Source: an uncultured Candidatus Entotheonella sp.
Lineage (GTDB): Bacteria > Tectomicrobia > Entotheonellia > Entotheonellales > Entotheonellaceae
Direction: 5' to 3'
Length of the DNA stretch: 64,000 nt
Assembly (NCBI GenBank): GCA_965217185.1
Contig: OZ244252.1
Span: forward strand, 2,720,001-2,784,000
In this document: positions 24,469 to 35,630 of the stretch, one piece after another
Numbering within the stretch: the first letter of the stretch is position 1
Layout of the letters: each line of letters starts with the position of its first letter
Program-made: the position numbers and the translations under genes
The notes under the pieces: model-generated
What the model saw: the letters and a program-made list of their open reading frames with translations, nothing else
Told to the model about the DNA's origin: nothing
Databases searched by the model: none

Positions 24469-25203
24469 ATGGAGATGAAAATGCCGTTCTTCGAACGTGA
24501 CGCCATCAAGCTTTATTACGAATCGCACGGCGCCGGCTTCCCGGTGCTGCTGATCGCCCCCGGCGGCATGCGCTCGGCGGTGTCGTACTGGGAAACGACG
24601 CCGTGGAACCCGATCACGCATCTGTCGCCGAATTACCGGGTCATTGCCATGGACCAGCGCAACGCCGGCAGTTCGGTGGCACCGGTCAGCGCTGACGATA
24701 GCTGGCACGTGTACACGCAGGACCAGCTCGCGCTGCTCGATCACCTGGGTGTCGATCGCTTTCACATCGCTGGCATGTGCATCGGCGGGCCCTACATCAT
24801 GGGGCTGATCCGGGAAGCGCCGCAGCGGGTGGCCTCGGCCGTACTGTTTCAGACCATCGGTCTCGACGACAACCGGCAAGCCTTCTTCGAGATGTTCGAT
24901 AGCTGGGCGAACGACCTGAAGCCGAATCGCCCGGAGGTGAGCGAGGATGCCTGGGAATCGTTCAAGACGTCCATGTACAGCGGGGATTTCCTCTTCAACG
25001 CCTCGCGGGATTTCGTGAGCGCCTGCCAGACGCCGCTGCTGGTGATGCCGGGGAGCGATCTGCATCACCCTGAGATTTCGTCGAAGGACGTGCACGCGCT
25101 GGCACCCAATTCCACCTATGTGGAGAAGTGGAAGGAGCCCGAGCACCACGCCGCGGCCATGCAGGCCGTCGAACGCTTCCTCGGGCAGCACACCCCCGCG
25201 TAG
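24469..25203 (+). CDS. Alpha/beta hydrolase
   Basis: MDQRNAG.S, nucleophile elbow GMCIGG, G.D.HHP. Confidence 0.85.
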   Translation: MEMKMPFFERDAIKLYYESHGAGFPVLLIAPGGMRSAVSYWETTPWNPITHLSPNYRVIAMDQRNAGSSVAPVSADDSWHVYTQDQLALLDHLGVDRFHIAGMCIGGPYIMGLIREAPQRVASAVLFQTIGLDDNRQAFFEMFDSWANDLKPNRPEVSEDAWESFKTSMYSGDFLFNASRDFVSACQTPLLVMPGSDLHHPEISSKDVHALAPNSTYVEKWKEPEHHAAAMQAVERFLGQHTPA

Positions 25204-26064
25204 CTACAGAGTTGGCCCGGTACCAGCGACCGTTGTGCGATGCAGCCGCCGCTTGTGCCGGGTGATGTCGAACGGCATGCCGCAGTGCAAGGCGGCGCGG
25301 TTGTCCCACCACACCAGGTCGCCGACGCGCCAAGCGTGCTGATAGACAAACTCGGGCTGCGTGGCATGCTCGATGAGCTTGTCGATCAAAGCCCGCCCCT
25401 CGTCCCACGCCATCCCCTCGATGGATTCGGCGTGCGAGCCCACGTACAGGGCCGGGCGCCCGGTTTCCGGGTGCCGCCGCACCACCGGATGCCGCACCGG
25501 CGGCAGCGCGTTGGTTTCCTTCTGCGTGAACGCCGTCACCTCGACGTCGCGCCGCGACCAGTAGAAATTGTGCACCGCCACCAAGCCCTCGAGTTTCGCC
25601 TTCATATCGTCCGACAGCGCCTCATAGGCGGCGGCCATGTTGGCGTACGCCGTATCGCCGCCGACCGGCGGCACGATGCGGGCGTGCAACAGCGACGCCA
25701 TGGCGGGCACGTGCTTGAACGAGCTGTCGGAGTGCCACTTGCGGTTGTCGTGATTCACCTGCATGACGGGATGATCCGACAGCATGAATTCATCGTTCTC
25801 GTCCAGGTTGGTAGCCGTGTAAATTTCCGGCCTGCCGGGCATTTGCAGGGCAGACATATTGATGAACTCCAGTTGCCCCACTTGGCGACTGAAGGCGATT
25901 TGCTGATCGTCGTCGATCGGCTGCTCGGGAAACACCACCACGACGTTATCGAGCCACACCTTGCGCACCTCGGCCATGGTGTCCGCGTCAAGCGGCCGCC
26001 AAAGGTCGAGGCCGCTAATTTCCACGCCGACGTTGGGCGTCAGCTTCCGTACCGTAAAATCCAT
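25204..26064 (-). CDS. TauD/TfdA-family Fe(II)/2-oxoglutarate dioxygenase
   Basis: WHSD, GGDT, HPVVR.HPETG, WDNR..LH, HRTT. Confidence 0.93.
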   Translation of the reverse strand: MDFTVRKLTPNVGVEISGLDLWRPLDADTMAEVRKVWLDNVVVVFPEQPIDDDQQIAFSRQVGQLEFINMSALQMPGRPEIYTATNLDENDEFMLSDHPVMQVNHDNRKWHSDSSFKHVPAMASLLHARIVPPVGGDTAYANMAAAYEALSDDMKAKLEGLVAVHNFYWSRRDVEVTAFTQKETNALPPVRHPVVRRHPETGRPALYVGSHAESIEGMAWDEGRALIDKLIEHATQPEFVYQHAWRVGDLVWWDNRAALHCGMPFDITRHKRRLHRTTVAGTGPTL

Positions 26065-26656
26065 AGTCGTCCTTTCCCGAGTATGCGGCGGGGTATCCGG
26101 CCGCCGTGATAACGCGAATCCAGTCGCCAAGCTGGGGCACGGTCATGGTAACCGTGATGGTCTCGGCGACGATGTGGTAATGGTCCCCCAGGCGGCGTTC
26201 CATGCCGCGGAAGGCCGAACGGCCCGGGTAGCGGGTGCCGGGATTACCCAACAGCGCGTCTGACTGCATTTGCAACTCACAGTGGGTGTCCGACATGACG
26301 CCCAGCACCGGCCCGCTGAAACGCCACGACACCGCCACGTGGCGCGTGGGGTGATCCGGGTATGGGCTCAGAAAGATCAGATGGCTGTCCGCCGCCGTGC
26401 CCGCCGGGATGGCGCCGCCGTCCACCAACAGGCGCTTCTGCAACACTACGCCTTGCCGCTCATCGAAACCCCGCATGGCGTCGGCGAAAAACGCGTCGTC
26501 GTGCACCGATGGCGGTGCCGCAATGATGGCTGCGGCCTCGCCCCGCGAACTCGGCGGCCCGTCTACCGCCAGGATGGCGGCGTGCGGCGTTTTGGCAGCC
26601 AGATGGCATGCGAGCAACGCAACGATCAGCCATGCAAAATGTTGCACCCTGCTCAC
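26015..26656 (-). CDS. Hypothetical secreted protein
   Basis: Signal-peptide-like N-terminus; 3' end overlaps the TauD start by about 50 nt. Confidence 0.55.
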   Translation of the reverse strand: MSRVQHFAWLIVALLACHLAAKTPHAAILAVDGPPSSRGEAAAIIAAPPSVHDDAFFADAMRGFDERQGVVLQKRLLVDGGAIPAGTAADSHLIFLSPYPDHPTRHVAVSWRFSGPVLGVMSDTHCELQMQSDALLGNPGTRYPGRSAFRGMERRLGDHYHIVAETITVTMTVPQLGDWIRVITAAGYPAAYSGKDDYGFYGTEADAQRRRGN

Positions 26657-26877
26657 CTCTCTGTCGTGGGGTTAACCGCGTGCCTTAACACGGCCTTTGG
26701 CGAGCGCCCTGCGTTGCCATCCCCCGCATTTGGGCTGTCAGCCCCGGCTACTCGTGCTATTCTTGCGCAGGTTTAGCATCGGGTGGATCATATTATCATA
26801 TGGAGTCGCCGCCGCGTGTGGAACCTTGACGTGACGAAAAGGCGTTCAATCGGGATGTCTCCAAAGGAGAACACGAG

Positions 26878-27330
26878 ATGGCAATTCTCATGATGGTGCT
26901 GGGGGCTTTGCTGTGGATCAACGTCGCGGGGGCGGCGGAAGTTGTCGATGTGGCCCTGGCAGTCAGTGTCAGCGAGCGGGAACCTGTCGGGGCGTTTACA
27001 CCGGCAGCAGAGTGTCAGACGAACACGCCACCGGCCTACCGCGTTCCGGTCGTTGACTCTCAGGCATACCACGGCGTCTACGTATGGACAAAAATCGCCG
27101 CCTCCCAAGCCCGCGAAATCCATCACCGCTATTATATGGAGACCGAGGAAGGATTCACCGTAGCAGCCAATATCGTGCTGTCGGTTGAGCCGGCTGACGG
27201 CTACCGGACGTGGAGCGCCAAGTCCATCTCGCCGTGGGCGCCCATGCACCAAGGGATGTGGAAGGTCGACATTGTGGAAGTCGGGGACGCCGACCGGGTA
27301 CTGTGCAGCATTTACTTCAATGTTCAATAG
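26878..27330 (+). CDS. DUF2914-like Ig-fold secreted protein
   Basis: AGGAG RBS, signal peptide, YVWT.I, YRTWS.K, G.WKVDI. Confidence 0.72.
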   Translation: MAILMMVLGALLWINVAGAAEVVDVALAVSVSEREPVGAFTPAAECQTNTPPAYRVPVVDSQAYHGVYVWTKIAASQAREIHHRYYMETEEGFTVAANIVLSVEPADGYRTWSAKSISPWAPMHQGMWKVDIVEVGDADRVLCSIYFNVQ

Positions 27331-27363
27331 GCTGGGGTCGCCTGTAGATTCCATGCGGCTGAA

Positions 27364-27392
27364 TTGACACGGGCATGACCCTCCGATATTAT
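27364..27392 (+). promoter_or_regulatory. sigma70-type promoter of the rplU operon
   Basis: TTGACA-17 nt-TATTAT. Confidence 0.75.
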
Positions 27393-27511
27393 TCAGGCCC
27401 TTTGACAGCTTGGACGGTGCGTTCGTGACGTAACAGACCGGTTCGGATTTCACTTTGTCATGAAAAAAAGTAGGCCAAAACGAATTTAGCAGGGCATTTT
27501 GATCATGAGGT

Positions 27512-27964
27512 ATGGACGTTATGTACGCAGTCGTCGCAACAGGTGGCAAGCAATATCGGGTTAGCCCGGGCGACAGGATCGAGGTGGAGAAACTCGCCGG
27601 CGAAGTCGGCCAGACCATTGCTTTGGACCACGTCATGATGGTTGGCGGCGAGGGGCAGGCCGTGTCGATTGGCACCCCGAGGCTAGACGACGCTTGGGTC
27701 GAGGCGCAGATCGTTGCCCAGAAACGGGGCAAGAAAATCATCATCTTCAAGCATAAGCGCCGCAAAGGTTACCGTCGCAAACAGGGCCACCGGCAGAGCC
27801 TGACTGCCCTGAAGATCACCGGCATACATCCCACAGCGGAACCGCAAGACGAGGTACAGACCGAGATGACTGCTGTGCCGGAGCCACCGCAGAGCGAATC
27901 CCCGGTGTCCGCAGAAGCTGACGCAACCCCCGAAGAAACACCCGCCGAAACCCCGGCGGAATAG
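27512..27964 (+). CDS. rplU: 50S ribosomal protein L21 with acidic C-terminal extension
   Basis: [29 protein letters not shown]; start may be 27521. Confidence 0.97.
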   Translation: MDVMYAVVATGGKQYRVSPGDRIEVEKLAGEVGQTIALDHVMMVGGEGQAVSIGTPRLDDAWVEAQIVAQKRGKKIIIFKHKRRKGYRRKQGHRQSLTALKITGIHPTAEPQDEVQTEMTAVPEPPQSESPVSAEADATPEETPAETPAE

Positions 27965-27988
27965 GCGCTGACAGAGGAGTCCGCAATC

Positions 27989-28246
27989 ATGGCACACAAG
28001 AAAGGGCAGGGCAGCACGACGAACGGGCGCGACAGCATCGGCAAGCGGCTGGGCGTCAAGCGTTTCGCCGGCCAGGTTGTGACGGCTGGCAGCATCTTGG
28101 TGAGGCAGCGCGGTAGCACCTTCAAGCCGGGCGTCAACGTCGGCGTGGGCAGCGACTACACCCTCTTCGCCAAGATCGACGGCGTCGTCGAGTTCACCAA
28201 CAAAGGCAAGAAGAACCGTCGCATCCACGTGCAGACGGCATCTTAG
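27989..28246 (+). CDS. rpmA: 50S ribosomal protein L27
   Basis: [22 protein letters not shown]. Confidence 0.98.
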   Translation: MAHKKGQGSTTNGRDSIGKRLGVKRFAGQVVTAGSILVRQRGSTFKPGVNVGVGSDYTLFAKIDGVVEFTNKGKKNRRIHVQTAS

Positions 28247-28352
28247 CTTCCCTTCCACTCTTCATCGCAGTCCAGTCGTTCCGGCTGGCGCTCTCCCGGC
28301 CCGGCGGGTGCCCTTCTGCAAGCCCCTTGCACGACGAGGATGCCTACGGTTC

Positions 28353-29354
28353 ATGTTCGTTGACGAAGCCAAAATTTTCGTGCGCGGCGGCAACGGCGGC
28401 AACGGCTGCATGAGTTTCCGCCGCGAGAAGTTCGTACCGCGCGGCGGGCCAGACGGCGGCAATGGCGGCAACGGCGGTCATGTCGTCATGCAGGGCGACG
28501 CGGCGCTGCACACCCTCCTGGATTTGCGATATCGTACCTACAACATTGCGGAACGGGGCCGGCACGGCAAGGGCAAGGACATGCACGGCCGGGGCGGCGA
28601 CGATTGCGTCATACGGGTCCCTCTCGGCACGATCTGCCGCGATGCGGAAAGCGAGGCGGTGCTGTGGGACTTCCAGTCGCAGGGCGAGCACTTCGTCGCA
28701 GCGCGCGGCGGCAGAGGCGGACGCGGCAACGCCACTTTCGCCACCTCAAGGAACCGGGCGCCGCGGCAAACCACCGACGGCGCCTTGGGCGAGGAGCGCT
28801 GGCTGCTTCTCGAATTGAAATTGCTGGCCGACGTTGGGCTGCTCGGTTTTCCCAACGCCGGCAAATCTACCCTGATCTCCCGCCTGTCGGCCGCCACCCC
28901 CAAAATCGCTTCCTACCCGTTCACCACCCTGACGCCCAATCTCGGTGTGGTGGCCCTGCCCGATTATGCGTCGTGCGTGATGGCGGACATCCCCGGCTTG
29001 GTGCCTGACGCGCACAAGGGCAAGGGGCTGGGCCTCGAATTTCTCAGACACATCGACCGCACCCGCGTGTTGGTGCACCTGCTGGACCTAGGCACTCAGG
29101 AGGACGGCAGAACGCCGTGGGAGGATTTCACGGCGATCAATCACGAACTGGCCTGCTTCAGACCGGACTTGGCACAGCGCCCGCAGATCGTGGTGGCATC
29201 AAAGATGGACCTGCCGGAGGCGCAACAGCGCTTGCCGGAGATGCAACGGCTGTTCGCCAACCAGGGTCTGGAGGTGGCGCCGATTTCGGCGGTTACCGGT
29301 GCCGGCCTGGACACGCTGGTGCAACGGCTGGCACTTCAACTGAAGGCGGCGTAA
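28353..29354 (+). CDS. obgE: GTPase ObgE/CgtA
   Basis: MFVDEAKI, FRREKFVPRGGPDGG, GFPNAGKS, YPFTTL.P, DIPG. Confidence 0.97.
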   Translation: MFVDEAKIFVRGGNGGNGCMSFRREKFVPRGGPDGGNGGNGGHVVMQGDAALHTLLDLRYRTYNIAERGRHGKGKDMHGRGGDDCVIRVPLGTICRDAESEAVLWDFQSQGEHFVAARGGRGGRGNATFATSRNRAPRQTTDGALGEERWLLLELKLLADVGLLGFPNAGKSTLISRLSAATPKIASYPFTTLTPNLGVVALPDYASCVMADIPGLVPDAHKGKGLGLEFLRHIDRTRVLVHLLDLGTQEDGRTPWEDFTAINHELACFRPDLAQRPQIVVASKMDLPEAQQRLPEMQRLFANQGLEVAPISAVTGAGLDTLVQRLALQLKAA

Positions 29355-29380
29355 GGCAACGTTGGGAGGAGAAACCCCAC

Positions 29381-30487
29381 GTGACGAACGGCGAACGTCT
29401 GGTGGTAAAGGTGGGCAGCGGCCTGCTGCGCGACCCCGGCGGCGGGCTACGGGACGACGTTGTTCGGCACATCGTCCGGCAGATCGTCAGCCTGCGCGAT
29501 GAGGGCCGCGAGGTCATCCTGGTGTCGTCGGGAGCTATTGCGCTCGGCATCCAGGTGCTGGGTCAGGCGAGTATTCCCAAGGCGATCACCCACCAGCAGG
29601 CAGCCGCGGCGATCGGCCAGGGCCATTTGATCCGCATCTATGCAGACTTGTTCGCTGATTTCGGCAAGAAGGCTGCGCAGGTGCTCCTGACGCACGACGA
29701 CCTGCGCGTGCGCAAGCGCTATCTCAACGCCCGCAACACGCTACTCGTGTTGCTGCAGTATGGCGTTGTACCGGTGATCAACGAAAACGACACCGTGTCG
29801 GTGGACGAAATCCGCTTCGGCGACAACGACGTGCTGGCCGCCATGGTGTGCAACCTCGTGGATGCCGACCGCCTGATTATCCTGACGAGCGTCGACGGCT
29901 TGTACACCGCCGACCCCTCGCTGCACCCCGAGGCCAAGCTCATCCCGCGCGTCGAGGACATCGACAGCATTGAGGCGCTGGCCAGCCCCGCCACGCACGC
30001 CACCGGCAAGGGTGGCATGGCCACCAAGATCCGCGCCGCCAGGATTGTCGGGGCTACCGGCGTTCATACCCACATCGCCAACGGGTTTGAACCCGACAGC
30101 GTGCTACGCGTGCTGGCCGGAGAAGCTGTTGGCACCCACGTCGTGCCGCCTGCGGCGGCGCGTCTGTCGAGCCGTAAGCGCTGGATCGGCTACGCGTTGA
30201 AGGCGCGCGGCGAGATTTGCGTGGACAATGGCGCCAAGCGGGCACTCACCACCCAGGGCCGTAGCCTGCTGCCGTCGGGCATCGTCGCCATTTCCGGGAC
30301 TTTCTTCTTCGGCGACGCCGTTTATTGCATTGACACCAACGCGCACCGGTTTGCTCAAGGGCTGGTGAATTACAGCGCCGCCGAGCTGCAGGCGATTCGC
30401 GGCCAGCATACCTCGCGCATCAAGCCCATCCTGGGCGCCAAAGTGTATGACGAAGTGATCCACCGGGACAACCTGGTGCTGCTATAA
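29381..30487 (+). CDS. proB: Glutamate 5-kinase with PUA domain
   Basis: VVKVGS, VSSGA, INEND, FGDND, GGM.TK, IHRDN. Confidence 0.96.
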   Translation: MTNGERLVVKVGSGLLRDPGGGLRDDVVRHIVRQIVSLRDEGREVILVSSGAIALGIQVLGQASIPKAITHQQAAAAIGQGHLIRIYADLFADFGKKAAQVLLTHDDLRVRKRYLNARNTLLVLLQYGVVPVINENDTVSVDEIRFGDNDVLAAMVCNLVDADRLIILTSVDGLYTADPSLHPEAKLIPRVEDIDSIEALASPATHATGKGGMATKIRAARIVGATGVHTHIANGFEPDSVLRVLAGEAVGTHVVPPAAARLSSRKRWIGYALKARGEICVDNGAKRALTTQGRSLLPSGIVAISGTFFFGDAVYCIDTNAHRFAQGLVNYSAAELQAIRGQHTSRIKPILGAKVYDEVIHRDNLVLL

Positions 30488-30496
30488 GGAGACGGC

Positions 30497-30898
30497 ATGG
30501 ACCTATCGCTGGACGAACGAACCCGCATTTGCGTCCTGGCTGCCGACAGCCGGCAGGCCGACGATATCGTGGTGCTTGACATGACGCCGCACTCGTCCAT
30601 CGCCGACCGCTTCGTCATTTGCCAGGGGCGGTCCGATCGCCAGGTCAAGGCCATCGCGGACGCGATGGATGAACAACTGCGCAAGGGTGGAGAGAAGCCG
30701 CGGGCCATAGAGGGGTATCAAACCGGCTCGTGGATTCTGATCGACTACGTGGATTTGGTCGTACACGTTTTCGATCCCGAAACACGGGAGTTTTACGGTC
30801 TCGAACGCCTGTGGGGACACACCGACCGAGTGGCCATCCCAGAATTGCCTACCTCTAATCCGCCGGCCTCAGAATCCCTGCTTGTCGAAAAGAGCTAG
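30497..30898 (+). CDS. rsfS: Ribosome silencing factor
   Basis: S.RQV.AIA, WILID..D.VVHVF, R.FY.LERLW. Confidence 0.94.
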   Translation: MDLSLDERTRICVLAADSRQADDIVVLDMTPHSSIADRFVICQGRSDRQVKAIADAMDEQLRKGGEKPRAIEGYQTGSWILIDYVDLVVHVFDPETREFYGLERLWGHTDRVAIPELPTSNPPASESLLVEKS

Positions 30899-32281
30899 CT
30901 GGTGCAGGTCGTCCCGCCACGGCACGTGCACGGGATACTGGCCCGTGAAGCAGGCGCTGCAATAGCCCTGCTCCTGCTGGCGCGCCACCTCCATCATGCC
31001 TTCATGACTGAGATAGGCCAGGCTGTCGGCCTGGAAATAGCTGCAGATATGCTCGACCGAGTAGCTTGAGGCGATCAACTCCTCATGCGTCGGCGTGTCG
31101 ATGCCGTAGAGACACGGATGCGTGATGGGCGGCGAGCTGATGCGCATGTGCACCTCCTTCGCGCCCGCCTGCCGGACCATGCTCACCAGCTTCTTGCTGG
31201 TGGTGCCGCGCACGATCGAATCGTCGACGATGACGACGCGTTTGCCTTCCAGCAAGCCGTGGATGGTATTGAACTTGATCTTGACGCCAAAGTGCCGGAT
31301 GGCCTGTTGCGGCTCGATGAACGTGCGGCCCACGTAGTGGTTGCGGATGAGGCCGGTATCGAACGGGATGCCCGTCTCCTCGGCGTAACCGAGCGCCGCG
31401 GGCAAGCCGGAATCGGGCACCGGGATCACCACGTCGGCGTCGACCGGCGCCTCGCGGGCCAGTTGACGACCGAACGCCTTGCGGGTGAGGTAGACGTTGT
31501 GCCCGAACACCTGGCTGTCGGGGCGGGCAAAGTAGATGAGCTCGAACACGCAGTGCTGCGGCGGCCGGGTGGGAAATGGAAAGTAGGACTGCACGCCGTC
31601 CTGCGAGATTCGCACCAGCTCGCCCGGCTGCACGTCGCGCACGTACGTCGCCTCAATGAGGTCGAGGGCGCAGGTCTCCGACGCCGCCACGTGACCGTCC
31701 GGCAGCCGCCCGAGGCACAGGGGCCGGAAGCCGTGCGGGTCGCGCACCGCGATGATCTCGTGGGGGTTCATGATCAGCAGCGAATAGGCGCCCTGGACCT
31801 GTTGCAGCGCCTCGACGACGCTATCCAGCAGGTGCCCGGCCTGCGAGCGCGCCATGAGGTGCAGGATGACCTCGGTGTCGCTGGTGGATCGGAAGATGGA
31901 ACCGTCGGCCTCCAGACTGGTGCGCATGCGGGCGGCGTTGACGAGGTTGCCGTTGTGGGCGATGGCCAGCGAGCCGCGGGCGTAATCCACGAACAGCGGC
32001 TGGGCATTGCGCAGGTTGGATACGCCGGTGGTAGCGTACCGGTTGTGGCCAATCGCCAAGCGTCCCGGCAGCCGCGCCAGGCGGTCTTCGGTAAACACGT
32101 CGTTGACGCGCCCCATGCCCACTTCGGCATGCATGGTCTCGCCGTCCGAAGATACGATGCCGGTGCTTTCCTGCCCGCGATGCTGCAGCGCGTAGAGCCC
32201 CAGATAGGTCAGCTTGGCGGCCTCGGTCGGGCCGTGTACGCCGACGATGGCACATTCGTCGTGAAGCTTATCCGCGTCCAC
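30869..32281 (-). CDS. purF: Amidophosphoribosyltransferase
   Basis: [34 protein letters not shown]. Confidence 0.97.
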   Translation of the reverse strand: MDADKLHDECAIVGVHGPTEAAKLTYLGLYALQHRGQESTGIVSSDGETMHAEVGMGRVNDVFTEDRLARLPGRLAIGHNRYATTGVSNLRNAQPLFVDYARGSLAIAHNGNLVNAARMRTSLEADGSIFRSTSDTEVILHLMARSQAGHLLDSVVEALQQVQGAYSLLIMNPHEIIAVRDPHGFRPLCLGRLPDGHVAASETCALDLIEATYVRDVQPGELVRISQDGVQSYFPFPTRPPQHCVFELIYFARPDSQVFGHNVYLTRKAFGRQLAREAPVDADVVIPVPDSGLPAALGYAEETGIPFDTGLIRNHYVGRTFIEPQQAIRHFGVKIKFNTIHGLLEGKRVVIVDDSIVRGTTSKKLVSMVRQAGAKEVHMRISSPPITHPCLYGIDTPTHEELIASSYSVEHICSYFQADSLAYLSHEGMMEVARQQEQGYCSACFTGQYPVHVPWRDDLHQLALFDKQGF

Positions 32282-32993
32282 TCGTCAGCCACCCTTCGTC
32301 TTTGAAACTCACGTAACAATTGCGTCCGACAATAATATGGTCCAGCACGGGAATGCCGATCGTCTCGCCGGCGTCGAGCAGGCGGCGAGTCAGGGCGCGG
32401 TCCTCCGGGCTGGGCTGCGGGTCGCCGCTGGGATGGTTATGTATGCAGATGATGGCGGCGGCGGAATCCCGGATGGCGGTATTGAACACCTCGCGCGGGT
32501 GTACCACACTGGCGTCGAGCGACCCCTGCGAGATCATCACGTCCCGCATGAAACGGTTCTTGCGGTCGAGCATGAGGACTTGAAACTGCTCGCGCTTCTT
32601 GTCGGCGAATCGGGGCATGTAGAAATTGGCCACGTCCTCGCTGCAGCGAAATTGTTGCTGCTGAAAGGGGCCACCCTGCTTTTGCAGCCGGCGCAGGCCA
32701 AGCTCGAAAGCGGCCTTGATCTCGCACCCCTTGGCGGGTCCGATGCCCCGCGCCTGGCTCAGTTCGGCGACCGTGGCGTTGCTGATGGCCGAGAGGTCGT
32801 TGTCGAACAAATCGAGCAGGCCGCGTGCCACGTCAACGGCGTTGGCCTTGCTGGCAGGATCGCCGGTGCGCAGCACAATGGCCAGCAGTTGGGCTTCGGA
32901 GAGGCTGGCCTCGCCGAACTGCAGCAGGCGCTCGCGGGGGCGTTCGTCCTCCGGCCAGTCCTTGATAGGTTGGTTGTACGGATTTGCTGGCAT
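32268..32993 (-). CDS. radC: RadC/JAB-domain protein
   Basis: RPRERL, VHPREVF, HNHPSG, LDHII. Confidence 0.95.
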   Translation of the reverse strand: MPANPYNQPIKDWPEDERPRERLLQFGEASLSEAQLLAIVLRTGDPASKANAVDVARGLLDLFDNDLSAISNATVAELSQARGIGPAKGCEIKAAFELGLRRLQKQGGPFQQQQFRCSEDVANFYMPRFADKKREQFQVLMLDRKNRFMRDVMISQGSLDASVVHPREVFNTAIRDSAAAIICIHNHPSGDPQPSPEDRALTRRLLDAGETIGIPVLDHIIVGRNCYVSFKDEGWLTSGRG

Positions 32994-33100
32994 GGGTCCG
33001 TTACCGGTTGTTGTCAGGCGGGAAGGGCCGGCTGTTGCCGGCGAATGAGGCTGGCAGTGTATCAGATATCCCGGCCAAATACACGGCGGCGCGGCGGCGG

Positions 33101-33129
33101 TTGACCCGCGGCGGCTTCCTCTCTATAGT
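33101..33129 (+). promoter_or_regulatory. sigma70-type promoter of fabI
   Basis: TTGACC-17 nt-TATAGT. Confidence 0.65.
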
Positions 33130-33177
33130 CACTTCAATAATCTGCTTTCCGCCATCCATCATGCAAGGAAAATCCCG

Positions 33178-33954
33178 ATGAGTGTTCTCGACCTGAGCGG
33201 CAAGACAGCCTTGGTGCTGGGCATTGCCAATCGCTGGTCTATTGCCTATGCCATTGGATCGCTTCTGCAGGCGCATGGCGCGCGACTGGCGGTCACGTAC
33301 CAGAACGAGCGGGTTGCCGACGAGGTGCTGAAACTTACCGGCGACTGGCCGGGCGTGCTGCCGCTGGCGTGCGAGCTGACCGACGACGCGCAGGTCGAGG
33401 CGGTGTTTGAACGCCTCAAGAACGAGTTCGGCAGCCTCAACTACCTGATTCACTGCATTGCCTTCGCCGACCGCAGTGAGTTGCAAGGGCCGTTTCGCAA
33501 CATCTCGCGTGGCGGCTTCCATACCTCGCTGGACATCAGCGCCTACTCGCTGATCGGTGCGGCGCAGCGGGCGACGCCGCTGATGCCGGCCGGCGACAGC
33601 AGCATCCTCACCCTCACCTACATGGCAAGCGAGCGGGTGGTGCCCAACTACAACGTCATGGCGCTGGCCAAGGCCGCCCTGGAGAACAGCGTGCGCTACC
33701 TGGCGAGCGACCTGGGGCCGCTGGGCATCCGCGTCAACGCCATTTCCGCAGGGCCGGTGCGCACCGCCTCGGCGCGAGCCATCAGCGGCTTTACCGACAT
33801 GCTCAAGCAACACGCCGAAAAATCCCCCCTGCGCCGCAACGTCACCGCCGAGGAAGTGGGCAAGGCAGCCCTCTACCTGTGCAGCGATCTCGCCAGCGGC
33901 GTGACCGGCACGGTGCATTTCGTCGACGGCGGCTACCACATTCTGGGAGCATGA
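33178..33954 (+). CDS. fabI: Enoyl-ACP reductase
   Basis: GIAN..SIA, YNVM..AKAALE, NAISAGP.RT, VDGG. Confidence 0.96.
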   Translation: MSVLDLSGKTALVLGIANRWSIAYAIGSLLQAHGARLAVTYQNERVADEVLKLTGDWPGVLPLACELTDDAQVEAVFERLKNEFGSLNYLIHCIAFADRSELQGPFRNISRGGFHTSLDISAYSLIGAAQRATPLMPAGDSSILTLTYMASERVVPNYNVMALAKAALENSVRYLASDLGPLGIRVNAISAGPVRTASARAISGFTDMLKQHAEKSPLRRNVTAEEVGKAALYLCSDLASGVTGTVHFVDGGYHILGA

Positions 33955-33984
33955 CCGCCGCCCGGACCGCAACCAAGGAGCCCG

Positions 33985-35574
33985 ATGGCTGAGAGTGCCC
34001 AACCCGCGCCGCAATATACGGTCATGGGGCTCGACACGCGGGCGCCCTCCTACAAGTGGTTGGTGGCCGGCATCATTTTGCTGGCCGGCGTCACACAAAC
34101 GTTTGCCGGAAACAGCGTCAACCTCGCCATCCCTCGCCTCATGGCCGCCTTCGGCACTGACCTCGCCACCGCCCAATGGGTGACCACCAGCTTCCTGATT
34201 ACCCGCACCCTGGTTACGCCGATCCTCGGCTGGCTCGGCGGCGTGATGGGCAACCGCAACCTGTTCGTCGCCATGCTGGTGACGTTCGTTATCGCCAGCC
34301 TGGGCTGCAGCTTTGCGCCGAATCTGCCGATCCTGATCCTCTGCCGGCTGATACAGGGCTGCGCCACCGGACCGATGGAGGGGCTGACCGCCGTCATCCT
34401 GGTGCAGACGTTTCCGGCGCGACAAAGGGGGACGGCGCTCGGGCTGCGCTCGATTGGCGGGTCGGCGGGGCAGATCGTCTCGTTTACGGCGGGCGGCTAC
34501 CTGATGGAACGGCTGTCGTGGCGGGTGCTGTTTCTGCTGGGCATCCCGACCGGCGTACTGGCGGCGGTACTGGGCTGGCTGATGCTTCCGCAGCACCGGG
34601 AGTACCGGGGCGAGCCGGTCGATTACCCCGGTCTGGTTAGTCTGGGCGGCTTTCTGGTTCCCCTGCTGCTGCTCATCAGCCTGGGGCGCCGGGCGGACGC
34701 GGAGACGCCGATGCTTGTGTTACTGGGGTTGGGGGCGCTGCTGGGCGGCGGCTGTTTCGTCCTGCGCGAGTTGCTGGCGGCCTTTCCGGCGGTCAACCTG
34801 CGGCTGTTCATGCGGCCTGCGTTCGGCCTCATCTGCGCCACGGCGTTCTTCAACAGCCTGGGGCTGTTCGGCGCCCAGTTCATGGTGCCGATCTTTCTGC
34901 AGCAGGTGATCGGCCTGACGACGCTGCAGGCCGGTCTGGCCATCGTGCCGGCCCTCATCGTGTCGGCCATGACAGGGGTCCTCATTGGGCGTCTCACCGA
35001 CATGTTGTCGCCGTCGCTTCTGGTGATCGGTGGACTGGCGGTGATCACCAGTGTCTTCTATGTATTTTCCTCGGTGACGGCGCTGACCACGGTAGGCGTA
35101 CTGGTCATTTACATCATGCTCTACCGCATCTGCATGCTGTGCATCTCCATGCCGATTACTGCCCTCAATATCCGCATCCTCGGCACGCGTCAAGTGCGCA
35201 TGGGACAGGGTCTGCTGGGGGTGGTCCGCAACATCGGCGCCTCGCTGGGCGTGACCGTGACCAGTGTGTTTTTCGAGCAGCGCCGGGTGCGGCATCAGCT
35301 TTTGGGGTACGACACGTACGACGCCGGCGCGTCGGACCACCACGAAACCCTGGGCCAGCTCGAACAGACCCTGACGCAGGAGGGTATCGAGGGCTCGGCG
35401 GCGAACAGCATGGCGTTGCGCACGATCCAGCGGCAAATCGACGTCGAGGCGATTGCGGCCGGCTTCCGGGACAGTTTTCTCTTTGTGTGCGTGTGTTTTC
35501 TGATCTCGGCGCTACCAATGATGTGGCTCATGACGCGGCGGCTCGACCGTACCCAGGCGGAAACAGCCGGGTAA
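33985..35574 (+). CDS. DHA2/EmrB-family MFS efflux permease
   Basis: 14-TM pattern, QWV.T.FL, C.FAP....LI..R..QG, D..G motif. Confidence 0.88.
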   Translation: MAESAQPAPQYTVMGLDTRAPSYKWLVAGIILLAGVTQTFAGNSVNLAIPRLMAAFGTDLATAQWVTTSFLITRTLVTPILGWLGGVMGNRNLFVAMLVTFVIASLGCSFAPNLPILILCRLIQGCATGPMEGLTAVILVQTFPARQRGTALGLRSIGGSAGQIVSFTAGGYLMERLSWRVLFLLGIPTGVLAAVLGWLMLPQHREYRGEPVDYPGLVSLGGFLVPLLLLISLGRRADAETPMLVLLGLGALLGGGCFVLRELLAAFPAVNLRLFMRPAFGLICATAFFNSLGLFGAQFMVPIFLQQVIGLTTLQAGLAIVPALIVSAMTGVLIGRLTDMLSPSLLVIGGLAVITSVFYVFSSVTALTTVGVLVIYIMLYRICMLCISMPITALNIRILGTRQVRMGQGLLGVVRNIGASLGVTVTSVFFEQRRVRHQLLGYDTYDAGASDHHETLGQLEQTLTQEGIEGSAANSMALRTIQRQIDVEAIAAGFRDSFLFVCVCFLISALPMMWLMTRRLDRTQAETAG

Positions 35575-35630
35575 TCGACGGGCACGCCGTCTCAGAGGGA
35601 GGAAGCGCCTAACGGATGGGGGCGCCGGAT

